A DNA stretch of 64,000 nucleotides from Mobula hypostoma. Taxonomy: Eukaryota. Shown piece after piece: positions 12,506 through 26,100 of the stretch (position 1 is its first letter; every line of letters begins with the position of its first letter). A program made the position numbers and the translations under genes. The notes below the pieces were generated by a model. The model was not told the DNA's origin, did no database searches, and saw only the letters and a list, made by a program, of their open reading frames with translations. The stretch covers positions 201,750,001 to 201,814,000 of the forward strand of contig NC_086100.1 of the NCBI RefSeq assembly GCF_963921235.1, in the 5' to 3' direction.

Positions 12506-13566
12506 TCAAGTCAAGTCAAATTTATTTATAAAGCAGATTTAGAAACAACCCATGTTGACCAAAGTGCTGTACAAACCATAACAGGTAGCTAAAATCACAA
12601 ATCAAGAAACACAGATGGAAACAACAAGGCACAAAGCTTATAGGCAGAAAATAAACTACACATGAGCCTTGGCACAAGCCAAAAATCAGCCACGTCAGGA
12701 CGATTCAAATGTTCGTGGATAAAGGTAAGTTTTGAGCCTGCATTTAAAAGAGTCAATGGAGGGGGCAGATCTGATAGGGAGGGAAATGCTGTTCCACAGT
12801 CTAGGGGCTACAACAGCAAAGGCACGGTCACCCCTGAGCTTAAGTTTAGATCGCGGGACATCCAGGAGCCCCAAGTCAGCCGACCTGAGGGAGCTGGAAT
12901 TAGAATAAGGAGTTTTACTGCTGGCTTTTCCTACTGCATTAACTTGCTTGTCGAACTTAAAGGCAATATCAAATATCACACCAAGGTTTTTGACATGGGG
13001 TTTGAAAAGGGTGGACAGGTTACCAAGACTGTTGGCAATCACTTTGATGGAGTCAGGGGGGCCAAATAGGACAACTTCAGACTTGCCTTCATTCAGCTGC
13101 AGGAAGTTTTGTGCCATCCAACACTTCATGTTCTCAAGGCCATTCATGAGGCTGACTAGATTTGACTAGACCTTTGTTTCAAGGGGAGATAAAGCTGAGT
13201 GTCATCAGCATAACGCTGGAAGGAAATGTCATATTTTTGGATGATTTGGCCGAGGGGAAGCATGTATATGGAGAAAAGAATGGGACCTGGGATGGAAACT
13301 TGTGAGAACCCGCAGGAGAAACTAGCTGGAATAGAAGATTTGTCTATGTTGACGGAGAAGCTTCTATTTATGAGGTAGGATGTGAGCCAGTTCAAGGCAG
13401 TGCCATCAACACCAACCCCGCACTGGAGACTGTCTATTGACGTGGCAGATCCACACTATCAAATGCTGTGCCGAGGTCAAGAAGAATTATGATGGCAGAG
13501 TCACCTGAGTCGGTAGAGAGGAGGAGATCATTGTACACTTTCAGCAGGGCAGACTCTGTGCTATGA
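12505..13566 (-). mobile_element. L2-clade LINE, 5'-truncated RT and 3' end
   Basis: HSTESALLKVYND, PGPILFSIYMLPLG, YADDTQLY, WMAQNFLQLNEGKSE, GDRAFAVVAPRLWNS; (TTGAC)n tail preceded by AATAAA. Confidence 0.9.
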
Positions 13567-13569
13567 TAA

Positions 13570-15187
13570 GCCTTATTCTCTCACTACCCTCTTTCCTTTC
13601 CGAGACTCCCAACCTTCCCTCTACCCCTCATCGCCCCTCCATTCCTCTGATCCCCCATCCTCCCCTCACCCCGCTCTCCCTGAACATCCCAACCCTCCTC
13701 TCCCTCCTGAGAACTCCCACTCTTCACCCTCCTCCGACCCCAGCCCCAACCCTTGCCATGTCTTCACCATCCCCTCTGACCTTCCCCTCTCTGAGGCAGA
13801 ACGTTCTGTCCTTAGCAAGGGCCTCACTTTTGTCCCCTCCGTCCACACCTCAGTGAGTTCCATGCCCGCCATGACACTGAACTCTTCTTCCGTCGCCTAC
13901 ATCTCTGAGCCTACTGCTTTGGCAGAAATTCCCGTCCCCCTACTGATGACACCTTCTCCTGTCTTCAACCCTCCTCCTCCTCCTGGACACCCCGCCCGGG
14001 CCTTCTACCTGCACTCGATCTCTTCATCTCTAACTGTCGTCGAGACATCAACTGTCTCAACTTCACCACTCCTCTCTCCTGTTCCAACCTCACTCCCTGA
14101 GAACACACTGCCCTCCACTCTCTCCGCACTAATCCCAACCTCACCATCAAACCCACTGACAAAGGTGGTGCCGTAGTAGTCTGGCGGACGGACATCTACC
14201 TCACTGAGGCCAAAAGGCAGCACTCTGACACCTCCTGTTACTTACCCCTGGAACAGGACCCCACCAAAAAACATCAAACCATTGTCTCCCGTACCATCAC
14301 CGCTCTTATCAACTCCGGAGACCTTCCATCCTCAGCCGCTAAACTCATTATTCCCACACCCCGCACCGCTCGGTTTTACCTCCTCCCCAAGATCCACAAG
14401 CCTGACTGTCCCAGTAGACCCATAGTTTCTGCCTGCTCCTGTCCCACCGAACTTGTATCTGCCTACCTGGACTCCATTTTGTCGCCCATAGTTCAATCCC
14501 TCCCCACCTACATCCAGGATACATCCCATGCTCTCCACCTCTTCAATAACTTCCAATTCCCCGGTCCCAACCGCTTCATTTTCACTATGGATGTCCAATC
14601 CCTATACACCTCCATTCCCCATCAAGAAGGCCTCAAAGCCCTCCGCTACTTTCTGGATAATAGACCTCACCAGTTCCCCACCACCACTACCCTCCTCTGG
14701 TTGGTGGAACTGGTTCTCACACTTAATAACTTCTCTTTTGGCTCTTCCCACTTTCTTCAGACTAAGGGTGTATCTATGGGAACTTGCATGGGCCCCAGCT
14801 ATGCCTGCCTCTTCTTTGGTTATGTAGAACAGTCTGTGCTCCAAACCTATTCTGGTACTGCTCCCAACTTTTCCTTCGGTACATTGACGACTACATTGGT
14901 GCTGCTTCCTGCACCCATGCTGAGCTCGTCAATTTCATCGACTTTACTTCAAACTTCCACCCAGCCCTCAAATTCACTTGGTCTATCTCGGACACTTCTC
15001 TCCCCTTTCTCGATCTCTCGGTCTCCATCTCTGGAGACAGACTGTCCACTGACATCTTCTACAAGCCCATTGACTCTCATAACTACCTCAAATATACCTC
15101 TTCCCACCCCGCCACATGCAAAAATGCCATTCCCTATTCCCAGTTCCTCCGTCTCCGCCGTATCTGCTCCCAGAATGAGGCTTTCCG
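13570..15187 (+). mobile_element. Penelope-like element, RT region, frameshifted and 3'-truncated
   Basis: DKGGAVVV, FYLLPKIHKP..RPIVS, TMDVQSLYTSIP, GVSMGTCMGPSYACLF, FLRYIDD, PFLDL, TDIFYKP. Confidence 0.92.
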
Positions 15188-15206
15188 CTTAAGAATAACC
15201 CAGGCA

Positions 15207-17897
15207 AAGATTCTGGCAAAAAAACTGTCCTGTCAAAGATTCAGTCTGTCAGGAGGTTTACGCGTGCGCTGTGATCTGCGCACTACCCCCGGTGACCCAG
15301 CAGGCACCGCTGGTGAGGGTGTTTTGGGTGGATCTGGTGTTGGGGGCATGAGAGGGGTCTGTGTGTCTGCGTGAGAATGTCCATCCTCCTCAGGGGACCC
15401 CGACCCCTCTGCCAGCGTCTCGCCCTCTGGCAAAGTCACTGGTGGACATGCTTCCACCGTAGTCTGACTCACAAATGGAAACTCCATGGAACTGTCTGCC
15501 TCTGAGCCAGTATCATGACGCAGGCGCACATGGTCCTGATGTCTGCGGAAAACACTTTCATCAGCCAGCTTAACAACAGAGGAGACGGGACCACTCTGCT
15601 TAAGAATAACCCCAGGCAGCCATTGCTGATTGTTTCTCACGTGGACATTGTCATCCGGTTTTAACTGTCTCTCTCGCGCATGTTGATCATGTCCCTCCTT
15701 CTGCTTTTCCTACTTTCTCTCCACTTTCGCCTTCATGTCCGGGCGCAGCAGGTCCAATCTTGACTTGGGCCTACGCCCCATCAGCATCTCTGCGGGAGTG
15801 CGGGCGGTTGTAGTCTGTGGCGTGAGGCGGTATTTAAACAGGAAACGTGAAAGCCACATGCTAAGAGAGACCCGTCATCCGCTTTAGCCTGCCTTCACTG
15901 TCTGAACAGCCCGCTCAGCCAAACCATTGGAGGCTGGGTGGAAAGGGGCCGTCCGAATGTGATGAATGCCATTCTGCTGCATGAACTCACTGAACAGCTC
16001 ACTGGTGAACGTTGGGCCATCATCAGTGACCAGAGTGTCAGGCAACCCGTGGACTGCAAACACTTGCCTGAGTTTGTCTATGGTTGAGGGGGCTGTGATG
16101 TTGCTCATGATGTGAGCTTCAATCCACTTAGAATGCACATCTACCATGACAAGAAACATCTGCCCCATAAAAGGGCCAGCAGAGTCCCAAAGTAGCCTAG
16201 ACCAGGGGTGGTCTGGCCACTCCCATGGATGCAAAGGAGCTGGTGGTGGCACATTCTGATTAGTCTGACATTGCGTGCATGATTTTACCTTGTTCTCCAG
16301 ATCCTGATCCATTCCTGGCCACCAAACATAGGATCTTGCAAGGCTTTTCATTCGAGACACTCCTGGGTGAGTCTCATGAATTTCCTCCACAATCTGTGAA
16401 CAGCCAGGGGGAGGCACAATGACCCTCACCCCCCCCCCCAGAATATGCAGCCATCCTGCAGACTGAGTTCTGTCTTGCGTTTGGCATAAGGCCTCAGTTC
16501 CTCTCCTTCCACGACTCTGGGCCAACCTTGTAAAAGATAGTCTTGACTTGGGACAGGACTAGGTCCCTCTCTGTCCACTGCCTGATCTGGGTCACCTTTA
16601 CAGGCGTCTCTGACAGCCTCTCTAATGAAAACACAGTCTCTGAAGGCACGGTAGGCTTATTCAGAAAGTTAGAAGGCATGGGATCCAGGGAAGTTTGGCC
16701 AGGTGGATTCAGAATTGGCTTGCCTGCAGAAGGCAGAGGGTGCTAGTGGAGGGAGTACATTCAGATTGGAGGATTGTGTCTAATGGTGTCCCACAAGGAT
16801 CTGTTCTGGGACCTCTACTTTTCTTGATTTTTATTAACGCCCTGGATGTGGGGGTAGAAGGGTGGGTTGGCAAGTTTGCAGATGATACAAAGGTTGGTGG
16901 TGTTGTAGATAGTGTACAGGATTGTCAAAGATTGCAGAGAGACATCGATAGGATGCAGAAGTGGGCTGAGAAGTGGCAGATGGAGTTCAACCCGGAGAAG
17001 TGTGAGGTGGTACACTTTGGAAGGACAAACTCCAAGGCAGAGTACAAAGTAAATGGCAGGATACTTGGTAGTGTGGAGGAGCAGAGAGATCTCGGGGTAC
17101 ATGTCCACAGATCCCTGAAAGTTGCCTCACAGGTGGATAGGGTAGTTAAGAAAGCTTATGGGGTGTTAGCTTTCATAAGTCGAGGGATAGAGTTTAAGAG
17201 TCACGATGTAATGATGCAGCTCTTTAAAACTCTGGTTAGGCCACACTTGGGAGTATTGTGTCCAGTTCTGGTCACCTCACTATAGGAAGGATGTGGAAGC
17301 ATTGGAAAGGGTACAGAGGAGATTTACCAGGATGCTGCCTGGTTTAGAAAGTATGCATTATGATCAGAGATTAAGGGAGCTAGGGCTTTACTCTTTGGAG
17401 AGAAGGAGGATGAGAGGAGACATGATAGAGGTGTACAAGATAATAAGAGGAATAGATAGAGTGGACAGCCAGCGCCTCTTCCCCAGGGCACCACTGCTCA
17501 ATACAAGAGGACATGGCTTTAAGGTAAGGGGTGGGAAGTTCAAGGGGGATATTAGAGGAAGGTTTTTTACTCAGAGAGTGGTTGGTGCGTGGAATACACT
17601 GCCTGAGTCAGTGATGGAGGCAGATACACTAGTGAAGTTTAAGAGACTACTAGACAGGTATATGGAAGAATCTAAGGTGGGGGCTTATGTGGGAGGCAGG
17701 GTTTGAGGGTCAGCACAACATTGTGGGCCGAAGGGCCTGTACTGTGCTGTACTATTCTATGTTCTATGTTCTACATGTAGTAACAGGCGTCTCAGGTAAA
17801 GGTAGTCGACTCAGTGCATCAGCATTTGCATTATTCCCACCCGCTCTGTACACTATAGTGTACCGGTAGGCTGACAATGTAAGAGCCCAATGCTGTA
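15207..17897 (-). mobile_element. Gypsy LTR-retrotransposon pol remnant (RNase H end and integrase), interrupted by CR1
   Basis: IHETHPGVSRMKSLARSYVWWP..CTQC (HHCC), LVTDDGPTF, HPASNGLAERAVQT, RRSQRTRKPPDRL; ADALSRLP on the far side of the CR1. No LTR seen. Confidence 0.92.
16650..17773 (+). mobile_element. Young 5'-truncated CR1 inserted in Gypsy
   Basis: Nearly intact RT C-terminal half (one frameshift near 17250); (TTCTATG)n tail. Confidence 0.95.
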
Positions 17898-17902
17898 TCC
17901 TT

Positions 17903-19900
17903 ATAGAGGGTGATTATCGTTGCGTTTCTGAGGTCAGGGGGCATCTATTCTTCTTCCCACATGCTTGTCAGGGTGCTGTGGAAAGCCTCAAGTGATTCCT
18001 TGCTGGGTGCCTTGTACAGTTCAGCAGGTATTCCATCCTTGCCGGGCCCCTTGCCACTGCTCATCTGCGTGATAGCCTTCTTGACTTCATCTATCGAGGG
18101 AGGATCATCTAGTTCCTCGTGAATAGGCTGTTGGGGGATTTGGTCCAGAGCAGACTGGTCGACTGATGAAGGGTGGTTCAGGAGCTGGCTGAAATGCTCT
18201 TTCCATCTGTGTTGGATGCTCTCCTTGTCCTTTAGCAGTGTGGTTCCATCAGCGGACAACAGTGGAGATGAGTCAGATCTTGAGGGGCCAAAGATCATCT
18301 TGATGGAGCTGAACAGCAGCTTCGAGTTGTTGATGTCAGCGAAGCATTGCACCTCTACCGCTTTCCTATCCCACCACAGGTCGTGCATCTTGTCAATTTC
18401 CCGTTGGGCATGGGCCTGAAGGGACTTGAACCGCTCTTTTTTGGGAACGGAGCTTGGGTCGTTTTGCCACTCCATGAATGCCTTGTTCTTCCTGGCCAGG
18501 AGATCTTTGATGGCACTGTCATTCTCGTTGAACCAATCTTGGTGGTTCCGGTCTTTGGGGCCGAGGACTGATATTGCTGTCTCCGTCACCATCTCTCTGA
18601 ACTGATTCCACTTCTGGGTTGGCCTACCAGTTAGTGGTCCGTTGGCAGACAGCTTCTCATCAAGGGTGGTCTGGAACTCGGGAAGATACAGAGGCTCTTG
18701 GAGTCTGGTGGTGTTAAAAGCTGTTCTGATGAACTTAGGGTGCTTGGGATGGTGGGGAGCAATATTTAGCTTCAATGTGGTGCGGACAAGCCTGTGGTCA
18801 GTCCAGCACTCTGCTCCTCGCATGGCTCTGGTGATGAGGACATCCTGGATGTCTCAGCGACGTACTATAATGTAGTCGATCATGTGCCAATGTTTGGATC
18901 TTGGATATATCCATGTTGTCTTGTACTTGTTTGCCAGCCTGAACACTGTGTTTGTGATGAGGAGGTCGTATTTTGCACATTTGCTAAGGAGTAAGAGGCC
19001 GTTGCTGTTCATATTGCCAATACCATGTTTGCCTAGAAACACTTCCTAGCGACTGTGATCGCAGCCTGCTCGGGCATTGAAGTCACCGAGCAGGATTAGT
19101 TCGTCATTGGCACGGACTGAGCACTGAACAGAGCTAAGTTCAGCATAGAACTGTTCAATGGTCTCATATTTGCTGGTCACGTTGGGGGCAGAAGCGCTGA
19201 TGACTGTTGTGTGATGTTTGTGGCTGAGGGGCAGACGTGGCCACATAAGCCTTTCATTGATTCCCACGGGCAGGTCGAAGAGTTGTTTCAGGAAGCTGGA
19301 CTGGACTGCAAATCTAACTCCATGAATCCTCTGTTCATCTTCTGCTTTTCCTTTCCAAAAGAAAGTGTAGCCGCTGGTGGTTTCAGTCAGGGATCCTTCC
19401 CCTGCAAGCCTGGTTTCACTGATGGCTGCCATATTGATGTTGTATCGTGAAAGTTCCTTGGCAACAAGGGCTGTACTTCTTTGGGGTCTTGCTGAGTTCT
19501 CTCTGTCTATGAGTGTGTGGACATTCCATGATCCTAACAGAAGTTTCTTTCTTCTCCTTTGAGCGTAACCGCATTGGTGGATGAACTGCCAGCCGCGGCA
19601 AGCTGGCCAGTTATCTGTCTGTGGGGCAGGCAATGTTTAGGCCACCTTTTCTAGGCCCCTCCCTATCAAAGGGTGAGCAGTGCTGTCCTGAAAAGGGCTG
19701 CTCAGTTGCCGTTGGTGCTGCCGGACTCCTCTGCTGCCCTGGGTACAGAGAAGAACGACCACTTGTCCAAAGGCCGCCTACATGCGGGTCTGTGACCACA
19801 ACTCCCAGTGGTCACCACCTCCTGTTGCTCCCCCACCACCGTAGGGCTTGTAGAAGACTGGTAGGAATTGAAAGTCCAAAATGACAGAACCCCAAAACCA
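17903..19900 (-). mobile_element. RTE-clade LINE: 5' UTR, AP endonuclease and linker; RT missing
   Basis: GSWNVHTL..RSTALVAKELSRYNI..ISETRLAGEG..GYTFFWKG, ILLGDFNAR, WHMIDYIIVR, CWTDHRLV, GKGPGKDGIPAELYK. Confidence 0.9.
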
Positions 19901-19984
19901 CACCAAGGTTTGTTCTGGCAGTCTGGTTCCCACCAACCTGCAACTCCTGTTTAGATCGCCCATGAAGCACAAGCAAACCTTCCC

Positions 19985-20650
19985 ACCGGGATATCAGTCC
20001 CCTTCCAGTTCACTTGCAAACCGGGTTTTCTCTATAAGTTGCAAGTTCCCTGGAAGAGAGCCCAATGATTCAAAAAGTCTAATGCCATCCCTCCTCCGCC
20101 AACTCCTTGACCATGAGTTAAACTATATGATCTTCCTATTTCTGGCCTCACTAACATGTGGAAAAGGTGTCAATCCTGAGATCACAAACCTGGACATCCT
20201 GCCCTTTAACATCGCACCTAACTCCATGAATTCACTTTGCAGAACCTCATCACTTGGTACCTACATGAACCACGACCTCTGGCTGCTCACCCTCCCTCTT
20301 GAGAAAGCTAAGGACTCGATCTGAGGTGTACTGAACCCTGGCCCCTGGGAGGCAAAATACCATCTGGGAATCTCGTACTCGCCCGCAGAACTTCCTGTCT
20401 GTTAACCTAACGAACGAATCCCTAATCACCACAGCTTGCCTCTTCAACCTCCTTCCCTTCTGAGTCTCAGAGACAGACTCAGTGCCAGAGACCTGACCAT
20501 TGTGACTTTTCTCTGCTTGCTCATGCCCCGAAAGATGTTGTTGAGGGCGAGTGACCAAAGGTTTAGTCTGTACTGGCTGTTTAACCCCTCTCCCCTTCCG
20601 ACTGTCACCATGCTCCTGTGTTCTGAGACTGGGACAGACCCTGACAGACA
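19985..20650 (-). mobile_element. CR1 ORF1 (SGNH esterase-like) fragment
   Basis: AVVIRDSFVR..MVFCLPGARV..EQPEVVVHVGT. Confidence 0.8.
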
Positions 20651-20654
20651 TTAC

Positions 20655-21285
20655 CCACCCCTTGAAATAGTATTCAGTCCCCACAAATACAGTATTTTCA
20701 TGTTTTACTCTGTCATTTTCTAAATATTTTGAAGAAGAATTTATTGAGCTAATCTACAAAACATTGTGCATCATATCAAATCAAAAGTAAAATTCCAAAA
20801 TTTCTCAACAATTTATTAAAAATTAAAACCAAAATTGTGAGCCTGAATAAGTATTCATCCCTTCCTTTGTGATGACCACACTCACTTTCCTCAGGTGCCA
20901 TTTGTGATCTCACCAACTCACCTAATTTGCCAATGCAGAACATTGTAGGATCAGTGAATTCATAAGAATAAAAACCCCTCACTCTGTCAGGTCCAGCTGT
21001 ATGATAGACTTACAACAGACCAAACCAAAATGAAGACACAGGAGCATTCAAGACAAGTCAGGGAACTGAGGAAAGGGAAGCACAAATCTGGGGAATGGCA
21101 CATGGCAATCTCAAAGGCACTGAACACACCTTGGAGCTCAGTGCAGTTGATCATGAAAAAGTGGAAAAAGTATGAAACCACAGCCACACTGCCTAGGTCG
21201 CTCTGAGTCGCTGGAGAAGAATGGCACTTGTAAGAAAGATTACTGTGATGCTAACAGTCACACTGAGTGAGCAGCAACTGGAGAT
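20655..21285 (+). mobile_element. Tc1/mariner transposon 5' fragment
   Basis: From ATG 21030: MKTQEHSRQVRE..AISKALNTPWSSVQLIMKKWKKYETTATLPR (paired-like HTH); repeated AGTATTCA(G/T)CCC motifs near 20670 and 20850. Confidence 0.8.
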
Positions 21286-22479
21286 GAACAAGAGCAACAC
21301 GCAGAGGCTTCAAATATAGTCACCCCCACCCCCACCGGTGTCCCTCCTCCTTCCCTTTCTCCCGTGAAATGGCTGACAGCTTGGATTTCCAGCATCTGCA
21401 GAGTTTCTGTTGTTTGTCCTGTGATTTGTCTTGTTTTAAACAGGTGAGTTGCTGGGCGCCCGTTGGGCCCAAGGGACTGTTCAGTACTGTATGTCTAAAT
21501 AAATATATAAGTAAATAAAACATCATGACCACATCTGCATTGAATTGCTGCCACGTGATTGGCTGATCAGATATTTGCATTGATGAGCAGGTGGCCACTG
21601 AGATTGAAAGGCCTGTTGTCAAAGACATTACATGTTGGCTGATGACAGTAATTTCTCCTCCTCACTGAGACGGAAATGGTGTGGTGGTGGAGACAAAAAC
21701 TCTTTCCAGAGATGATTAATGAAGCAAGGGAACCTTTCGACATGAATGACTAAATCAAAGCTACCATCTACATGATTCTTAATTATTTTGCAATTTAAAT
21801 AAAATTTCTGCTGACAGCAGTTTCCCCAGTGAATTGAGGGAAGTGAATTAACTGAGAAGGCAATCAAACCAAGGAATGGAAGAAACAGAGATTGTATCTG
21901 TGATTGTTGCTATAGGTTCCCATATCTTCATTCTCTTGTACAATACTGTGCAAAAGTCTTAGGCAGATATTGTATATACAGGTAGGATGCGTAAGACTTT
22001 TGCACAGTACTGTAATAATTACATATATTACACTGTACTGCTGCCACAAAAAAACAAATTTCATGACATACTATACGTGAGGGAGGATAAACCTGACTGT
22101 GTTCTGCATCTCTCTTGTGGACTGAGAGTGGGAAGTAAGCAGGGAGAGGGGAATCATGGTTGGGAAAAGGGGAAGGGAGAGGGTAGGGAGCACCGGAGAG
22201 ACATTCTGTAATGCTCAGTAAACCAATTGTTTGAAATCAAATTATATTACCTGGTGTCACGGGGCTATGCATACCCGCTGTTCCTGGCACTCTTTCTCTG
22301 CCACCTGTCCCACACCCCTCACCTGATGCTGCACCCTCATCATTCCCAAAATACATTGCTCCTGCCAGATTTACAAAGTTGCTTCCGGCTCCACACTGAC
22401 AAATACAGTACAGGTACTGTGCAAAAGTCTTTGGCAACCGAGATATATACATACCGAAGGCTTGTGCATAGTACTTTAC

Positions 22480-22504
22480 GTTCAGAGACGGCATCAAAAT
22501 CTCC
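22480..22504 (-). CDS. Candidate 25-nt micro-exon ((R)EILMPSLN) of the putative divergent gene
   Basis: Strong acceptor tttactctgttttacag; donor gtaaag; phase 2 to phase 0. Confidence 0.3.
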
Positions 22505-23115
22505 CTGTAAAACAGAGTAAATGTGCTCGCCAAACGCAGTGAGCGGAGAACCATTCCATACTGACTTCCTGCAGCAAATCAATTTCAGTCCCATTTCTGC
22601 AGAAGGTGTGACAATAATAAACCAATGCCAATGCCAATTTAGCTCAGACATTGTGGGCTGTAGGACTATTCCTGTGCTATGTTCTACCAAACTCCAGGTT
22701 CCATGGTGCAAGGTGGATTAACAAGTTAGATGCAGGGCTGATGTTTCCTTGGAGGACGAGGATATAAAAGCAAAGATGTAGTGCTGAGGGACTGGGTAAA
22801 CCAGATTTGGAGTATGTGTGTAGTTTTAGGCCCCCTATCTAAGAAAAGATGTGGTACTGGGGAATGTCCAGAAGAGCTTTACAAGAATAATCCCAGGAAT
22901 GAAAGATTTAATGTATAAAGAGTGTTTGTTGCCTCTAGAATGGTTCTTGATTAGTTAGGGCATCTAAAATTATGGCAAGAAAGCAGGATTATGGGATTAA
23001 GGGGGGTAATATATGGACCATGATCAAATGACAGAGCTGACTCTGAATCAGAATCACATTAAATATCATTGGCATTTATCGTGAACTTTGTTGTTTTCTG
23101 GCAGCAGTATATTAC

Positions 23116-26100
23116 CATACCAGTCGCAAGTCCACGAAGTGCTACTTCTGCGGACTCGAGAAGCACCCCCGGAAACGCTGCCCGTCGCCACAAGCTACCT
23201 GATCCAGCTGCGGAAAGAAGGTCCACTTCGCCAAGGTCTGTAAGTCCAAACCGCGAGCGGGATCGAGCAGCGCCACGTGCGAGACATGGGGGTCACCATC
23301 TTGCCTGCGGCCATCTTCCCTACATGTCGCCACCATGTGCGAGACGTGGGGGCGGCCATCTTGGTCGGCGCCACCTCCCACCGCCTACGACCAGCAGGTG
23401 CTCACGGGGCACCCCACCGCGCCGGACCAAGGCAGCGACCCCACCCTGGCCTCCGTGACCCTCGACCAAAGCGCTCCCCACCAGCTCGCAAGGTCAATGA
23501 TAGACATCCTGGTGAAGGGACACGGGACAAGCTGCCTGTTTGACACAGGCAGCACAGAAAGTTTTATCCACCCGGCCACGGTGCAGCATTGTGGACTCAT
23601 GATACGGCTGGTAAGTCGGAGGGTCACCATGGCCTCCAGGTCGCATACAACAGACATTCGGGGGGGTTGTGTAGCGACACTAGTGGTGCAGGGCACAGAA
23701 TATCGGGACTTTACGTTACTGGTCTTGCCTCAACTGTGTGCCCCTGTGCTGTTGGGGTTGGACTTCCAGAGCCACCTGAAAAGCGTGACAATGAAGTATG
23801 ATGGGCCCCTCCCGCCAATTACTGTCATAAATCCCCTGTTTTGTAGAGATATGTCATGTACCCCGCTACTGACCACACACACACACCGACCCGCGCATCC
23901 CACCCAACATCATGCCAACTGCCACACTACCGACACCACTTGCGGCCTCTCCACCCTCAGGATCCCTCCCCCACCGCTGTTCGCCAACCTGACCCCCGAC
24001 TGTAAACCTGTGGCAACTAAAAGCAGGAGGTACAGCGCGGGGGACAGAGCCTTCATTAAGTTGGAGGTGCAGCGGCTGCTCAGGGAGGGGGTCATTGAGG
24101 CAAGCACAAGTCCTTGGAGGGCGCAGGTGGTGGTTGTTCGGAGCGGGGAGTAAAACAGGATGGTCGAGGACTATAGCCAGACCATCAATAGGTTCACGCA
24201 GCTCGACGCGTACCCTCTACCCCGCATCGCGGATATGGTCAATCAGATAGCACAGTACAAGGTGTACTCGACCATAGACCTAAAATCCGTTTACCATCAG
24301 CTCCCCATCCGCCGGGAGGAACGCCCTTACACTGCCTTCGAGGCGGACGGCAGGCTTTATCAATTCCTGCGTGTCCCCTTTGGTGTCACGAATGGTGTAT
24401 CTGTCTTCCAGAGGGAAATGGACCGGATGGTGGACCAGTGCCAACTGAAGGCCACGTTCCCATATCTGGATAACATCACCATCTGCGGTCACGGCCAGCA
24501 GGATCACAACAACAACATAGAACATAGAAGAGTACAGCAAAGTACAGGCCTTTCGGCCCACAATGTTGTGCCGACCCTCAAACCCTGCCTCCCATATAAG
24601 CCCCCACCTTAGATTCCTCCATATACCTGTCTAGTAGTCTCTTAAACTTCACTAGTGTATCTGCCTCCACCACTGACTCAGGCAGTGCATTCCACGCACC
24701 AACCACTCTCTGAGTAAAAAACCTTCCTCTAATATCCCCCTTGAACTTCCCACCCCTTACCTTAAAGCCATGTCCTCTTGTATTGAGCAGTGGTGCCCTG
24801 GGGAAGAGGTGCTGGCTATCCACTCTATCTATTCCTCTTATTATCTTGTACACCTCTATCATGTCTCCTCTCATCCTCCTTCTCTCCAAAGAGTAAAGCC
24901 CTAGCTCCCTTAATCTCTGATCATAATGCATACTTTCTAAACCAGGCAGCATCCTGGTAAATCTCCTCTGTACCCTTTCCAATGCTTCCACATCCTTCCT
25001 ATAGTGAGGTGACCAGAACTGGACACAATACTCCAAGTGTGGCCTAACCAGAGTTTTAAAGAGCTGCATCATTACATCACGACTCTTAAACTCTATCCCT
25101 CGACTTATGAAAGCTAACACCCCATAAGCTTTCTTAACTACCCTATCCACCTGTGAGGCAACTTTCAGGGATCTGTGGACATGTACCCCGAGATCCCTCT
25201 GCTCCTTCACACAACCAAGTATCCTGCCATTTACTTTGTACTCTGCCTTGGAGTTTGTCCTTCCAAAGTGTACCACCTCATACTTCTCCGGGTTGAACTC
25301 CATCTGCCACTTCTCAGCCCACTTCTGCATCCTATCAATGTCTCTCTGCAATCTTTGACAATCCTGTACACTATCTACAACACCACCAACCTTTGTGTCG
25401 TCTGCAAACTTGCCAACTCACCCTTCTACCCCCACATGCAGGTTGTTAATAAAAATCACGAAAAGTAGAGGTCCCAGAACAGATCCTTGTGGGACACCAC
25501 TAGTCACAATCCTCCAATCTGAATGTACTCCCTCCACCAGCACCCTCTGCCTTCTGCAGGCAAGCCGATTCTGAATCCACCTGGCCAAACTTCCCTGGAT
25601 CTCATGCCTTCTAACTTTCTGAATAAGCCTACTGTGTGGAACCTTGTCAAATGCCTTTGTAAAATCCATATAGATCACATCCACTGCACTATCCTCATCT
25701 ATATGCCTGGTCACCTCCTCAAAGAACTCTATCAGGCTTGTTAGACACGATCTGCCCTTCACAAAGCCATGCTGACTGTCCCTGATCAGACCATGATTCT
25801 CTAAATGCCTATAGATCCATCTCTAAGAATCTTTTCCAACAGCTTTCCCACCACAGACATAAGGCTCACTGGTCTATAATTACCCAGACTATCCCTAGTA
25901 CCTTTTTTGAACAAGGGAACAACATTCGCCTCCAAAAATTTCTCCAAGCAGCCAAAGCTTTCAACCTCACCTATAACAAGGACAAGTGTGTGCTCGGAAC
26001 CACCCGACTTGCTATCCTTGGGTGTGTCGTGGAGAATGGAGTCATTGGCCCTGACCCCGACCGTATGTGCCCCCTGTTGGAACTCCCTCTTCCCAAAACC

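Noticed and set aside
15188..15206. CTTAAGAATAACCCAGGCA resembling 15599-15618
   Set aside because: It lies just after the Gypsy pol stop and may be native element sequence before the polypurine tract; it cannot be shown to be a target duplication or templated insertion.
21632..21664. Possible 33-nt minus-strand exon (EEEKLLSSAN)
   Set aside because: Weak donor, and phase 2-2 does not follow the phase-0 end of the 22480 micro-exon.
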